DNA of 64,000 bases. It comes from Malacoraja senta. Taxonomy: Eukaryota. The position numbers and the translations under genes are program-made. This document shows positions 1 to 12,145 of this stretch, piece by piece. The notes below the pieces were generated by a model. It saw only the letters and a list, made by a program, of their open reading frames with translations. It ran no database searches and had not been told where the DNA came from. Location: assembly GCA_038087875.1 (NCBI GenBank), contig CM075997.1, positions 1,304,001 through 1,368,000 of the forward strand, given 5' to 3'. Every line of letters begins with the position of its first letter. The stretch's first letter is position 1.

Positions 1-1321
1 GTGTGGGGAAGTTAGGCTGAAGGGCCTGTTTACTCACTGTATGAATCTATGACCAGAAGATGGGTTATATCATTGAATATTCTACTGATTCACCTGAGAA
101 TTAACTGTGCAGAATCAGTTATATATTGAAACGTTCTATACACAGGCAACTTGGAACAGAAAGTAGAAACTTCTCAATAGGGATGAGAGAACAATGGTTT
201 GTTTGGTCACGGCAGTAGGTTCATTTTGAGCCACAGAGTCATGGAGTCATACAGCGTGGAAACAGGCCATTCGGCCCAACTTGCCCACACTGACCAACAT
301 GCCCCCATCTATACTAGTGCCACCTGCCTGCACTTGGCCCATAATCCCTCTAAACATGTCCTATCCATGTGGCTGCCCAGATGAATCCTTGTAGATGACC
401 TTTTGGTTTCTTTCTTTGGTTAAAATCTAGCTGAGGAAATCTCGGAGTTCACATTGACCAGTCGTGAAACTAGCGTGGAAGTACAAATGGGACACATGGA
501 ACTGCAATGCTGGCTTACAAAAAAAAATGACACAAAGTGCTGGAGTAACTCAGCGGGACAGGCGAAATCTCTGGAGAATAGGGATATTGAGACCCTGCTT
601 AAGACCAATTTTGGGGGGGGGGGGGGAATGCTGAAGAGAGATGGGAGCAGAACAAAACCTGACAAGTGATAGATGGATACAGGTGAGGGGAGCTTTTGAT
701 AGGCAGATGGTTGGACAAAGTGCAGTGATGAAGAGACAAAAAGGGGGTATAGTGGAGATAAGAGTAAGATGTACATATTACCACAATATCTATAAAATAA
801 ACTGTTTGCTCAATATCACATTATTGTATGTGGAACCTTGCTAGGTATAAATCAGCTGCCCTACCTCCTCCATTACGACAAGTGAAAAGCCCTTCAGGAA
901 ATCAAGAGGCTGTGAAAGGAGCTATATAAATAAAGTCACATATTTCACCACATCCAGATACATCAGAACACAGGTCTGCATTACAGACACCAGTTTACAA
1001 TTTAGATGTTTAATATATTTTAAAAACAGCCAACAATATGCAATACCATTTAAAAATCTTTCCAAAGTGACAGCTCCATAAATATTGCAGCTGAATTATT
1101 TTTGCACAATTCTTATTGCAGATTTCACAGTTAGAAAAAAAAACCACTTGAATGTTCTGCATTGTCGCGTATTGGGTCCGCACATGTAGCGATGTTGTAA
1201 ATGTGGTGATCAATCATTGTGAAGCCTAATATGTTCCCTGTAGAACTGCCAGAGGAAGTTGGGAGTGTATTTCCGATATGGTAACACATAGAATTCAAAC
1301 CAATTCCTCCCCACTTTACTG

Positions 1322-1665
1322 TACGAAAAGGTGTACGATATCATGAGAGGAATGGATCGGGTAGGCGCACAGGAACTCTTACCCAGAGTTGAGGAATCGA
1401 GAACCAGAAGACATAGGTGTAAGGTGAGGGCGGAAAGATTTGATAGGAATCTGAGGGGTAACTTTTTCATGCAAAAGGTGGTAGGTGTATGCAACGAACT
1501 GCCAGAGGAGGTAGTTGAGGCTGGGACTACTGCAATGTTTAAGAAACATTTAGACATGGATAGGACAGGTTTAGAGGATATTGGCAAATGGGACATGTTG
1601 GTTAGTGTGGGCAAGTTAGGACGAAGGGCTTGTTTCCACGCTGTAAGACTCTATGACTCTACTCA
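1322..1665 (+). mobile_element. CR1-clade LINE 3' fragment
   Basis: ESRTRRHRCKVRAERFDRNLRGNFFMQKVVGVCNELPEEVVEAG, typical CR1 ORF2 end. Confidence 0.85.
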
Positions 1666-2292
1666 ATCTCATTGTTAAAGGGAAGTCGAGACCAGGTGCC
1701 CTTGAAGTGATGTCAGAGCATTGTGGAGTATAAATGGACCGGAGGATATAGACTTAATTGACTAAAAATTCCTATTTTTAAATCATACATTCTGTCCTTT
1801 CTCCCACTATATTTTACCTAATCTGATATCTATGATAAAGATTATGCACCTAAATTGGTGCAACAAAATTGCATCCCCCTGTAAATAATGCCGATGCACT
1901 TCCTCTACAGATTAACAAGTACAATTAGAAATTTTCACACGCGTACATAAGTAGTTCACGTAATAAATATGATATTGAAATTCAAAATGGAAAATGGCAG
2001 GATTTGAGAGATGGTTTTAATCTTGTAGTACAAAATACTTCAAATGCATGATATTCCTAAAACTACTCACAATAAAAGAAGCCTGTAAAATGATAGATGA
2101 TATTCAACATATCGCAAAATACCTTGTTCTTAAATATGCTATCGTGTTTGACAGTTTTATCTTCTACAACGTTCAATTTTGCCGCTAAAGTGAGAAATAC
2201 CAAAAACTAAAAATATTGCAATATATATTGTTCTAGATCATTAAAATATATTGCAAAGTATCTTCTATGATATAAAAATATGTTAAGTAAAG

Positions 2293-3936
2293 CTATGTAA
2301 TTGGGACTGTTGGTAAAGTGTTAGTTACAGTCTCCATCTGCCTTCTCTTCCAAGTAGATGTGGACTGTTGCTTGACTTTGTGGTGGCTTTGTAGAATTTG
2401 GTGGACTCCAAGATTAGATGATTCAGTGTGAGTGGATTTACTGCTGGTCCGTATCTCTGCTGAGCTGGTAGATGGCGGTGGCAATGATGCCTGGATTATG
2501 CTTTCTGCTGGACGTTCGATGGCCATTCGACCCACTCTGTCACTATCTAAACCGATGGAACCATCTCTTTCTTCCTTCCTTGTTGACGTGTCCAAAATTT
2601 GCAGTCTTCCAAGTATACTTTGTATCCCTGTCAGATTGTTAGCTGTGGACTTGTGAGAGAGCTCGGCCTGCATCTGACTGTTGCTCGCCCTTGTAGGGAG
2701 AACGTGAAACAGCCCTGGATCTTTTGTAGGGTTGGCAGTAGTTAGGTTGTTTCCAGACCGGTTGTATCTGCCGAAAGATATCACATCATCATTTTCATCC
2801 ATTTTAATTTCGCTTGCTTCAGGTTGCGTGTAATTGCCACGATTATCTTTTGATCTGGCATCTACATCTCTCTTACGGGACCTCATAGAAAAGCTGCGCC
2901 CTGCTTCCTTCGTCGGTGTTATGTCCTTTCCCATCGCCTGCAACTTACCGGGTTGAGCGTTTTTAATACCGGCGTCCTCCAGCGCCAGAGTGCCGCCCTC
3001 ATGAACCAATTCCCCTCCACTGACGGGCGAGATGGTCCATCGTTTAGAGACCACCTCAGTGCTTGCTGGGCGGCCCGTGTGCGCCACATTAGAGTCATTA
3101 GACCCGGCGAATGTCCCTTTATTCTGGCCGGACGCCTGGGACCAAGGCGGTGTGGGACCAAGGCTGTCCAAGGTGCTGATCTCAGCGTCCGCTCGCCTTC
3201 CCTCCAGCCCTCCACGACCGCCGCTGTCCAGGGTGCTGAAATATCCCCTGACTTGACTCGCTCTCTGGGCGGTCGCTGCCCTGAGCTTGTCGCTGTCCGC
3301 GGTGCTGAAATGTTTGCCGCCTGGTCTCACTCTGCCCGCGGCTGCCGCTCTGAGCTTGCCGCTGTCCGTGGCTCCGAATAGCCGCCCCGTTGTGGCCTCT
3401 GCCTGGACCCCGCTGCTTGAGGTCCAAGTGTCGGCGCTGACCCCTTCCCTGGCGGTGGTTCCCACCCGGCGCTCGGTGGTCTTCAGATGCCCACCGCCGC
3501 TGTCCGTGGCCACGAAGCCCGGGTTGTCACCCTCCCTGCTGCTGCTGCCCCTGCCCCTCCAAGCCTCCGGGTCGATCAGATTGTCAGCCCTGCTGCTTCT
3601 GCTTCGCAAATGGCTCCTCTGCCGCCGGAGATTGTTGAAATCCCTCGGACTGCTTCTCCGTCTGAGGCCGGCGCTGAAGTTGCCGGTTTCATCTGTGTGG
3701 ACCGCGGTCACATTGCTGTTGGAGGGTCCCGGTCTCGATTGGACCGGCTCCCAGATCAAAGTGTAGTAAATTACCAGAATCACGGCGGTCATTGATACAC
3801 AGAGGAGATAAGCGAAGACCGTTGCAAGTCTCACCCAGGTCTTCTGAGTCTTGGCTGCGACCTTTGTCTTCTTGTCTCCCGTGAAGCTGGGAACTCTGAT
3901 CTGCTTCCTAATCCCCTCAGAAGCCCTGTTTTTCAT
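2293..3936 (-). CDS. InaF-motif-containing single-pass membrane protein (INAFM1/INAFM2 family), 547 aa, intronless, long C-terminal extension
   Basis: ATG at 3936 in GCCGAGATG context. N-terminus [50 protein letters not shown] matches the InaF motif as recalled for INAFM2 ([49 protein letters not shown]). Proximity to SAE1 points to the INAFM1 syntenic position, so the paralogue is left unnamed. Confidence 0.9.
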   Translation of the reverse strand: [547 protein letters not shown]

Positions 3937-5255
3937 CTCGGCTTCCAAGATGTAAAATACTTATTTTTTTTTATTTGGGGTTTCTCCCTTTAAAAAAAAA
4001 AGCAACTGCAGCAGGATTACGTCGTCAACCCTCTATTCTTAGTCCGTTTTTATCTCCCGGCCTCTCCAACGCGACTGATATCGAAACATGCTTTTGTTTA
4101 CAGCGTCAGCCTGTCCCGCCCCTACCACCGGGCCTGTCAAAAATGAAGAGTCTTTCATTAGCGAGACAGCATGTTAATTCAACTTGTCCCAGCGCATTGG
4201 TGAGGAGGTGGAACAGAAACACTGATTGATTTTAAAGGACATTTTCACCTGCGCCCGCGCACTCACACACGCAAATATATAAACCCTCAAGAAGGGTTTC
4301 GGCCCGAAACGTTGCCTATTTCCTTCGCTCCATAGATGCTGCCTCACCCGCTGAGTTTCTCCAGCATTTTTGTCTACCTATAAACCCCGAATCTCTGGTT
4401 TATTACCATTCGCGCTGACTACACAAAAATGGTTATATTAAACGGCAGATCCTGCCATTCGGCCCCATATGCTAGCATCGGTACTAGTATCTGGAGAGAA
4501 GGATTCAGCATCATTTGAAGAACATAGCAACCATTTTATTTTAGATTTCTTTCTATCTTTACATAATTCCATTCTAAAAGATGTTATTGGGCCTGCTTTC
4601 AACAATTTGTCTGATATTCCAGATCACACGTTATTGTGTATGGAAATATATGAAATTATGAGAGGCGTAGGTAGATAGGGTAGACAGTCAGAATCTTTTT
4701 CCCAACATGGAAAATTCAAATGCTAGGGAAAAGATTCCGACTGTCTATGCTATAGGGCCGAAGATAGACACAAAATGTTGGAGTAACTCAGCCGTACAGA
4801 CAGCATCTCTGGAGAGAAGGAATGGGTGACGTCCCGGGTCCCTGTCCCGTCAGTCCCATTTCCTCCCTCCAGTCTCATGGTCCTCCTTGTTATTGTTTTG
4901 TCCCTCTGCAGTTAATACCACAGATAGACACAAAATACTGAAGGGTCCTGATCCGAAATGTCACCTATCAGTCTGAAGAAGGGTCCCAACTGGAAACATC
5001 ACCTATCTGTGTTCTCCAGAGATGTTGCCTGACCCGCTGAGTTACTCCAACACTTTGTGTCTGTCCACCCTATCCGTCTCCGCGCTATATTACATTCGAT
5101 CTCCTTGATTTATTTTGTTGTTCTTTTAACTGAAATATTACTTTCATTCGACTGAATTCAGCAGATTTATCAATTACAAGATGGAGTGCTCTGAAATGAG
5201 TTGCCTCTGCATCTTTGTCACAATATCGTTGATGCATCTCATACATATCAGGAGT

Positions 5256-5548
5256 GGGCACAGTGGCGCAGCGGTAGAGTTGCTGCCTTACTGCGAATGC
5301 AGCGCCGGAGACCCGGGTTCGATCCCGACTACGGGTGCTGTCTGTACGGAGTTTGTACCTTCTCCCCATGGGTTTACTCCGAGATCTTCGTTTTGCTCCC
5401 ACACGCCAAAGACCGACAGGTTAATTGATTGGTATAAGTGTAAAAATTGTCCCGTGGGTGTAGGATAGTATTAATGTGCGGGGATCGCTGGTCAGTGCGG
5501 ACCCAGTGGGCCGAAGGGCCTGTTTCCACGCTGTATCTCTAAACTAAC
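5256..5548 (+). mobile_element. V-SINE (HE1-like): tRNA head, V domain, CR1 tail; representative of several dozen copies in the window
   Basis: A box GTGGCGCAGCGG, B box GGTTCGATCCC, V domain GTCTGTACGGAGTTTGTAC.TTCTCCCC, tail GGGCCGAAGGGCCTGTTTCC...TCTCTAAACTAA. Confidence 0.88.
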
Positions 5549-8500
5549 AAAGGACCACTCAATCATCCTCCACAACCAGAGAGCAGTCCTGAACTACTAT
5601 CTACCTCATTGGTGACCCTCAGACTATCTGTGATGGGACTTTGCTGGCTTTACCTTGCACTAAACGTTATTCCCTTATCATGTATCCATACACTGTAAAT
5701 GGCTCGATTGTAATCATGTATTGTCTTTCCGCTGACTGGTTAGCACGCAACAAAAGCTTTTCACTGCACCTCGGTCCATGTGACAATGAAGTATAACGGA
5801 ACTCAATGTCAGGGCTTCCATGGAATCATCAGCTTTACAGGAACCCAGATACACCCGGGTTCGATCCTGACTATGGCTATTTGAGGATTTTCAGTTTCCT
5901 CCTCACACTCCAAAGATGAACAGGTTTGCAGGTTAATTAGCTTGGTGTAAAGGTAAACAAAATTGTCCCCAATGTGTGTGGGGTAGTTAATGTGCGGGAT
6001 GACTATTCGGTGCTGACTCAGTGGGCCAAAGTGCCTGTTTCCGCGCTGTATCTACAAACTAAACTAGACATTGGATGTTTTGTATTGACAATTGAGATTG
6101 AGATTGTTGATTAGTACGGGTGTCGGGGGTTATGGGGAGAAGGCAGGAGAATTGGGTTGAGAGAGAAAGATAGATCAGCCGTGATTGAATGGCGGAGTCG
6201 ACTCGATGGGCCGAATGGCCAAATTCTGCACCGATCACTTGTGCAGAATGCAATCGATTAAAGCAAGGATACAAATCGGTAAAATATTAGTCAACAGTAA
6301 CTCTAATTTGGTGCAGCGTTCCCCGAGTCTCCCATTGCTTAGAAGACTGGGGGATTTTGGAAGTACCACAATAAACAAATAAAGAGCTCATATCTTCATC
6401 AGCAAGTCCATTCAAGTGCAAAACACAAATTACCGTATAGCATTGGTGAATTTAGATGATAATATACAATTCTACTCATCCCTGTCCGCTTACGGTAAAA
6501 GGCACTTCTAATTTGTTACACATTTTGTGCTGGCGGCAAGAACAAAATGCAGGAAGAGGTTGCAGTTTAAGTTATAATTAATTGGAAACACATTGCACCA
6601 TGATCACATTGAATGGTGGTGCTGGTTCGAAGGGCCGAATGGCCTACTCCTGCACCTATTGTCTATTGACCCGGCGTGGGGGGACCGCGTGAGGTGGGGT
6701 GGGGGGGGGGGGAAGAACAAAGGAAGACCTGGTGCGGGACACTTTGGAACTTTGTTGGTGTCCCTTAGGTGGCGACTCTTTGCATACCATGAGAATTTCA
6801 CCATGAAAGTAAAGTATTCAATTCAATTAAATCAGATTCCCACAGCCTCTCGCAGGTGCCTTGGAGGCGTTGACAGGGTATGTTTCAATCGGTTACCCCA
6901 TGCCTTTTCTCAGTAGGGTTGAAGCAGAGGTCTTCATCCAAAAGGTCATCGGCCCAACCACTGGAGTCAGCCTGCAAGCAACAAGGGCAATGGTTAGGAA
7001 GAAAAGGCGAAATGTTGCGAAAATGTTGACAGAATTAACCAATTTTCCCAGGGCGGCACAGTGGCGCAGCGGTAGAGTTGCTGCCTCACAGCGCCAGAGA
7101 CCCTGGTTCGATCCCGACTACGGCTGGAGTTTGTACGTTCCCCCCCGTGACCTGTATGGGTTTTCTCCGGGTGCTCCGGTTTCCTCCCACTCTCCAAAGT
7201 CCTACAGGTTTGTACGTTAATTGGCTCGGTATAATTGTAAATTGTCCCCAGTGTGTTGTAGGACAGCGAGCGTGAGGACCCGTGTCGAGTAAACCACGTT
7301 ACTGCTCGTATTTGGTTTGCACGATACGAAGATGCCATTTGGCCCATCAAGTCATTGCCAGCTTTCAGAATATACCCGCTCATTCCCCTCCATTTCCCAG
7401 AGACCCATTCCCTCTCCCTTGCAAAAACTGCCCTCGGATTCTCCTCCCATCCATCAACATGGGGGATCATTTATAATAGTTAGCCTGAACAACTGAACTT
7501 ATAAGGATTGTGTCTTTGGTTGCACTACAGACTTTTTTTTTCCACAGAAAACGTCTTAATTTATTGTATTTCCTTTACCATTTATATCTGTCTGAGTGTT
7601 ATTAGTTTTAAGGGCCTGTTATGCTGCCGCAAGTAAGGATTTCATAGTTCTGTTGTCGATACAATTAAACCCTCTTTGCCCCTTTCACAAAAGTCACTGT
7701 TAAGGGGATTGTGGAAGGAACCAGGGACATTATGCTCGGTACAAAGAGAGGAGGTTGTCAGGATTGAACCTGGGTCCCTGGAGCTATGAGGCAGCAGCGC
7801 TACCTGTTGTGACATTGTCTCGCCCACCTTTCAGAGAAGAAACGGGCCATTTAGCCGAGCTGGAGGAGGAGTGGCAGGATGGGACAGCGGTAGAGTTGCT
7901 GCCTTACAGCAGCAGAGAGCCGGGTTCGATCCCGACTGCGAGTGCTTGCATGTTCTCCCCGTGACCCTGTGGGTTTTTCCCGGGTGCTCTGGTTTCCCCC
8001 CACACTCCAAAGATGTACACATTTGTAGGTTAATTGACTTGGGTAAAAATTGTAAGTTATCCCTAGTGTGTAGGATACTGCTATAGTGTGCGGGGATCGC
8101 TGGTTGGCGTGGACACGCGGCCATGCGCCAGAAGGCACCGCAGATGCTGGTTTAAACCAAAGATAGACACAAAATTCTGGAGTAACTCAGCGGGACAGGC
8201 AACATCTCTGGAGAGAAGGAAGGGGTGACGTTTTGGGTCGAGACCCTTCTTCAGACTGATGTCAGGGGAGAGGGAGATACATAGATAAGGAAGTGTAAGG
8301 TGTGAAAATAGGACAAAGGGAATGGAGATCAAGGAAAATGCAAAATAGATCATTGTTAGCTGGGAGAAGATAACAACAGAGCAAACAGAGATAATATGTA
8401 GTCGGAGACAGTATGACTGGTCGGAGAACTGGGAAGGGGGAGGGATGGAGAGAGAGGGAAAGCAAGGGATGCTGCCTGTACCACTGTGTTACTCCAGGAT

Positions 8501-9274
8501 TCTATGTCTATGTTTGTAGGTTAATTTGGCTTCGGTAAAAATTGTAAATTGGCCCTAGTGTGTAGGATAGTGCTAGTGTGCAGGTGATCGGTGGTCGGTG
8601 CGGACTCTGTAGGCCGAAAGGGTCTGTTTCTGCGCCGTTTCTCTAAATCTCTAAAAAAAATCCCAAGGAGGAAGATAAATATAGCAGATGACTCAACCGA
8701 GGACTTGGGAACAAGCAGATTTTTAATATTCTTGTCCATTTGCTTAAAAAATGCAAAAAGATTTGTGCAGGTGGAGTAAATATCAGAAACAGTCACAAAT
8801 AGCTGTGGTACAAATAGATAAGCTTTTGGAACAATGCGCTTTAAAATAGTGTTAAAGTTAGTGTTAATAAAGCAGTCAGTGAAAAGCTAGTTTAACATTA
8901 AGACTGTACACATCTTATAGAAAAGCTTTAATAGAAAATGTTCCTTTCATAATACAAGTGCTCAGACCCTGCCTTTTCACATCTGCCACTACAATGGTCT
9001 AAGCAGTCAAATCTTTTTTTTTAAGTTACCACACAGATCTTTTGATTTACAAACGTTAGCATATATAAATCTATCAATTGGAATGTTTGACAAGGTTCCA
9101 GTAACAGTCACAATTATCTATAAAGTTCATGAACCTCTAACATTTTAATTCAAATGAGAGATGATCTAGAGAATGGCCCATTCTTCAATAGTATAACATA
9201 TTCTCTGCTTAAAAGTTCTTCAAAAACACCTCCAAATTCTTGTAAGCAGGGAAGTACACAAAATGCTGCAGTAA

Positions 9275-9556
9275 GCCCCTGTCCCACGATGCGAGTTCAC
9301 CCAAGAGCTCTCCCGAGTTTTTTAAAAAATCGAGCTCGTGGTACTTCATCACGAGTATTTTTTTTACTCTTGGAAATTTTTCACACGCTGTTGAAAAAAC
9401 TTCACGAGTTTCCACGTTTCCCGAGTACCTGCCATTAGCGTTACGAGCCGCTACGAGACATCCACGAGCTCCGACGTACCCGCTACGTACATTCTACGTA
9501 CTTTTTTTTTTAACTCGGGAGAACTCTTGGGTAAACTCGCATTGTGGGACAGGGCC
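9275..9556. mobile_element. PIF/Harbinger-type MITE
   Basis: TIR gcccctgtcccac / gtgggacagggcc at a TWA site, interrupting a PLE repeat; long subterminal inverted repeats. Confidence 0.75.
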
Positions 9557-9807
9557 ATTACTTGGCCGGTCAGGCAGCATCTCTGGAGAACATGGGTAGG
9601 CGACATTTCTAGTCGGGACCATCTTCCAACCGGAGGGGAGTCCCGACCCAAAACGCCACCTATTCTTCAGAGATGCTGCCTGACCGACGGAGTTACTCCT
9701 GTACTTTGTATCTTTTGTTTTGTAAACCAGCATCTGCAGTTCCTTGCTTTTATTCCTATAAGCAGGGATTTACATGGATGCTGGGGTGAGGTTTTGCCAA
9801 ACTCCTA

Positions 9808-10042
9808 GACACAAAAAATTGGAGCAACTCAGCGGGTCAGACAGCATCTCTGGAGAAAAGGAATAGGTGACGTTTCAGGTCGAGGCCCTTCTTCAGACAA
9901 AGGGTGTACAGTCTGAAGAAGGGTCTCGACCCGAAACGTCACCTATTCCTTTTCTCCAGAGATGCTGTCTGACCCGCTGAGTTACACCAACTTTTTGTGT
10001 CTATCTTCGGTTTAAACCAGCATCTGCAGTTCCTTCCTGCAC
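9808..10042. mobile_element. Inverted pair of PLE terminal repeats (long palindrome)
   Basis: Left arm gacacaaaa...cccttcttcagac is the reverse complement of the right arm gtctgaagaaggg...ttttgtgtc, with a 12-nt spacer. Confidence 0.85.
9911..9943 (+). ncRNA. Minimal type I hammerhead ribozyme motif (GUC subfamily)
   Basis: GU CUGAAGA A GGGU-CUCG-ACCC GAAAC GUC AC; a second core lies on the minus strand at ~9866-9898 in the same inverted pair. Confidence 0.7.
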
Positions 10043-10965
10043 ATGATAAACTCCTGTGTATACAAACCTTAATCCACATCTGAGAGGCAGTGACTGGCAG
10101 CAATATCATTCTGTACAATATGTGAACAGTACTTTCCATTGCAGCTGATCAAAGGAATCAGGTTCTCCAGCAGTTTTCCAGAGGGAACTGTGTACTGGAT
10201 TGATAGACTTGAACACAGAACAGTACAGCCTAGCAACAGGCCCTTCGGCCCACAATGTCTGTGCCAAACATGATGCCAAGTTAAACTAATCTCCTCTACC
10301 TGCACATGATCCATGCATCCAATTAAAAGCCTCTAAACGCCACTATCGTATTTACCTCTGCACGATCCCTGATTGAGTGGCCGAATGGACTTGATGGGCC
10401 GAATGGCCTAATTCTGCTCATGATCTTAAATCGCCTTGCACAGCGGGTTCAAATTGTCCAATTGGTTAAATACTATGTTGGATGGAAAGTACCACATCTC
10501 TGGCCCATCAGGACATTGCAGATTGTCCAACTGCAATACTTAATCATGATGAAGCCGAGTTCAGCCCAAAGCTGGAAACTTATTAAACACCCTTGGCAAA
10601 CAGGATGGATGAAATGGCAAGAACCTGTACTATTATTTGGTTTGTACACAAAAATGCTGGAGAAACTCAGCGGGTGCAGCAGCATCTATGGAGCGAAGGA
10701 AATAGGCAACGTTTCGGGCCAAAATCCTTCTGCAGGCTGCTGCACCCGCTGAGTTTCTCCAGCATTTTTGTGTACCTTCGATTTTCCAGCATCTGCAGTT
10801 CCTTCTTAAACACTATTATTTGGTCTGGCAAAGCAAAGATATTCACGGTACCTTGGTGAACGTGACTCTAATACACCTTAACCTAAACAACCAGTAATGC
10901 AGAAACAAAAACACAAGTGCCTTCCCACAACCAGCCCTCCCCACCATTGGAAGCATCTACATCAA

Positions 10966-11260
10966 GGGCGGCGCAGTGGTGGAGTTGCCACCTTACAGCG
11001 CCAGAGACCCGGGTTCGATCCCGGCTACGGGTGCTGTCTGTACGGAGTTTGTACGTTCTCCCCGTGGGTTTTCTCCGAGATCTTCGGTTTCCTCCCACAC
11101 TCCAAAGGCGTGCGGGTTTGTAGGTTAATTGGCTTTGGTGTAAATGTAAATTGTGCTTAGTATGTGTAGGATAGTGTTAATGTGCGGGGATCGCCGGTCG
11201 GCGCGGACTCAGTGGGCCGAAGGGCCTGTATCCGCGCTGCATCCCTAAACTAAACTAAAG
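10966..11260 (+). mobile_element. V-SINE (HE1-like)
   Basis: Full head/V-domain/tail structure. Confidence 0.85.
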
Positions 11261-11620
11261 CACCAGGCTGCCTCAAGATGGCAGCAACCATGATGCCCAC
11301 CAGGCGTGCCTTCTCTCTCACTGCTACCATCGGGCAGGAGGTACAGAAGCCTGAAGTCCCACACCACCAGGTTCAGGAACAGCGACTTTCCTGCAACCCA
11401 TCAGGTTCTTGAACAGACCCGCACAACCCTAATCCTACCTCAGCCGCACAACACTACAGACCCACTCTTACACTGCCAGGGACTTGTTTGCTAATTGTGC
11501 TTTTACACACACACAGTCTTTTTCTTTTCACTCTCTTGTGTAATTGATGCTTGCTTATTGTCTGTGGGTGTATGTACAGTGGCCGTGATACTGCTGCAAG
11601 AAAGTTGTACAGGTTTCATT
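11260..11620 (+). mobile_element. Rex1/Babar-like LINE 3' fragment
   Basis: LLPSGRRYRSLKSHTTRFRNSDFP. Confidence 0.7.
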
Positions 11621-11690
11621 CTGCAGGTCCACCACCGATTTTCCAGCAACTGGTGTCTCCCTCCCCCTCCCCCCCTTTAATCTGGATACG

Positions 11691-11890
11691 NNNNNNNNNN
11701 NNNNNNNNNNNNNNNNNNNNNNNNNNNNNNNNNNNNNNNNNNNNNNNNNNNNNNNNNNNNNNNNNNNNNNNNNNNNNNNNNNNNNNNNNNNNNNNNNNNN
11801 NNNNNNNNNNNNNNNNNNNNNNNNNNNNNNNNNNNNNNNNNNNNNNNNNNNNNNNNNNNNNNNNNNNNNNNNNNNNNNNNNNNNNNNNNN
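11691..11890. other. Assembly gap (200 N)
   Basis: Run of 200 N; the round length suggests a placeholder of unknown true size. Confidence 0.99.
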
Positions 11891-11956
11891 GTTCAGTAAC
11901 TGTTATAATTAAGATGTGGTCGATTGCTAATCAGTCGTGTTTATTCCCTCCTGCAG

Positions 11957-12099
11957 GTGTGTCTGACATGTTGCCCGCGTGACGTGATGGTCCGAACCGA
12001 TCACTTCTGCAGAACGCACAAGATCAAATTTTTTGCTGGAGATATCTTTGGTTACCACGGTTACATGTTTGCTGATTTGGGAGAACACGAATTTGTGGA
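11957..12099 (+). CDS. SAE1: SUMO-activating enzyme subunit 1, internal exon (equivalent of human exon 4)
   Basis: ttattccctcctgcag acceptor and GA|gtaagt donor; 143 nt. Encodes VCLTCCPRDVMVRTDHFCRTHKIKFFAGDIFGYHGYMFADLGEHEFVE vs recalled human VCLTCCSRDVIVKVDQICHKNSIKFFTGDVFGYHGYTFANLGEHEFVE. Confidence 0.96.
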
Positions 12100-12145
12100 G
12101 TAAGTTTCAAGGGTTGAATGGCTTTTCCAGCTTGCGCGTTAATAT

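Noticed and set aside
2953..3795. Plus-strand ORFs overlapping INAFM
   Set aside because: Antisense shadows of a GC-rich coding region.
5256..5335. tRNA-like sequences (many copies)
   Set aside because: SINE heads continuing into the V domain; no complete cloverleaf.
8680..8779. STEDLGTSRFLI as possible SAE1 exon 3
   Set aside because: Stop follows shortly; lacks NRAEAS/LNPMV.
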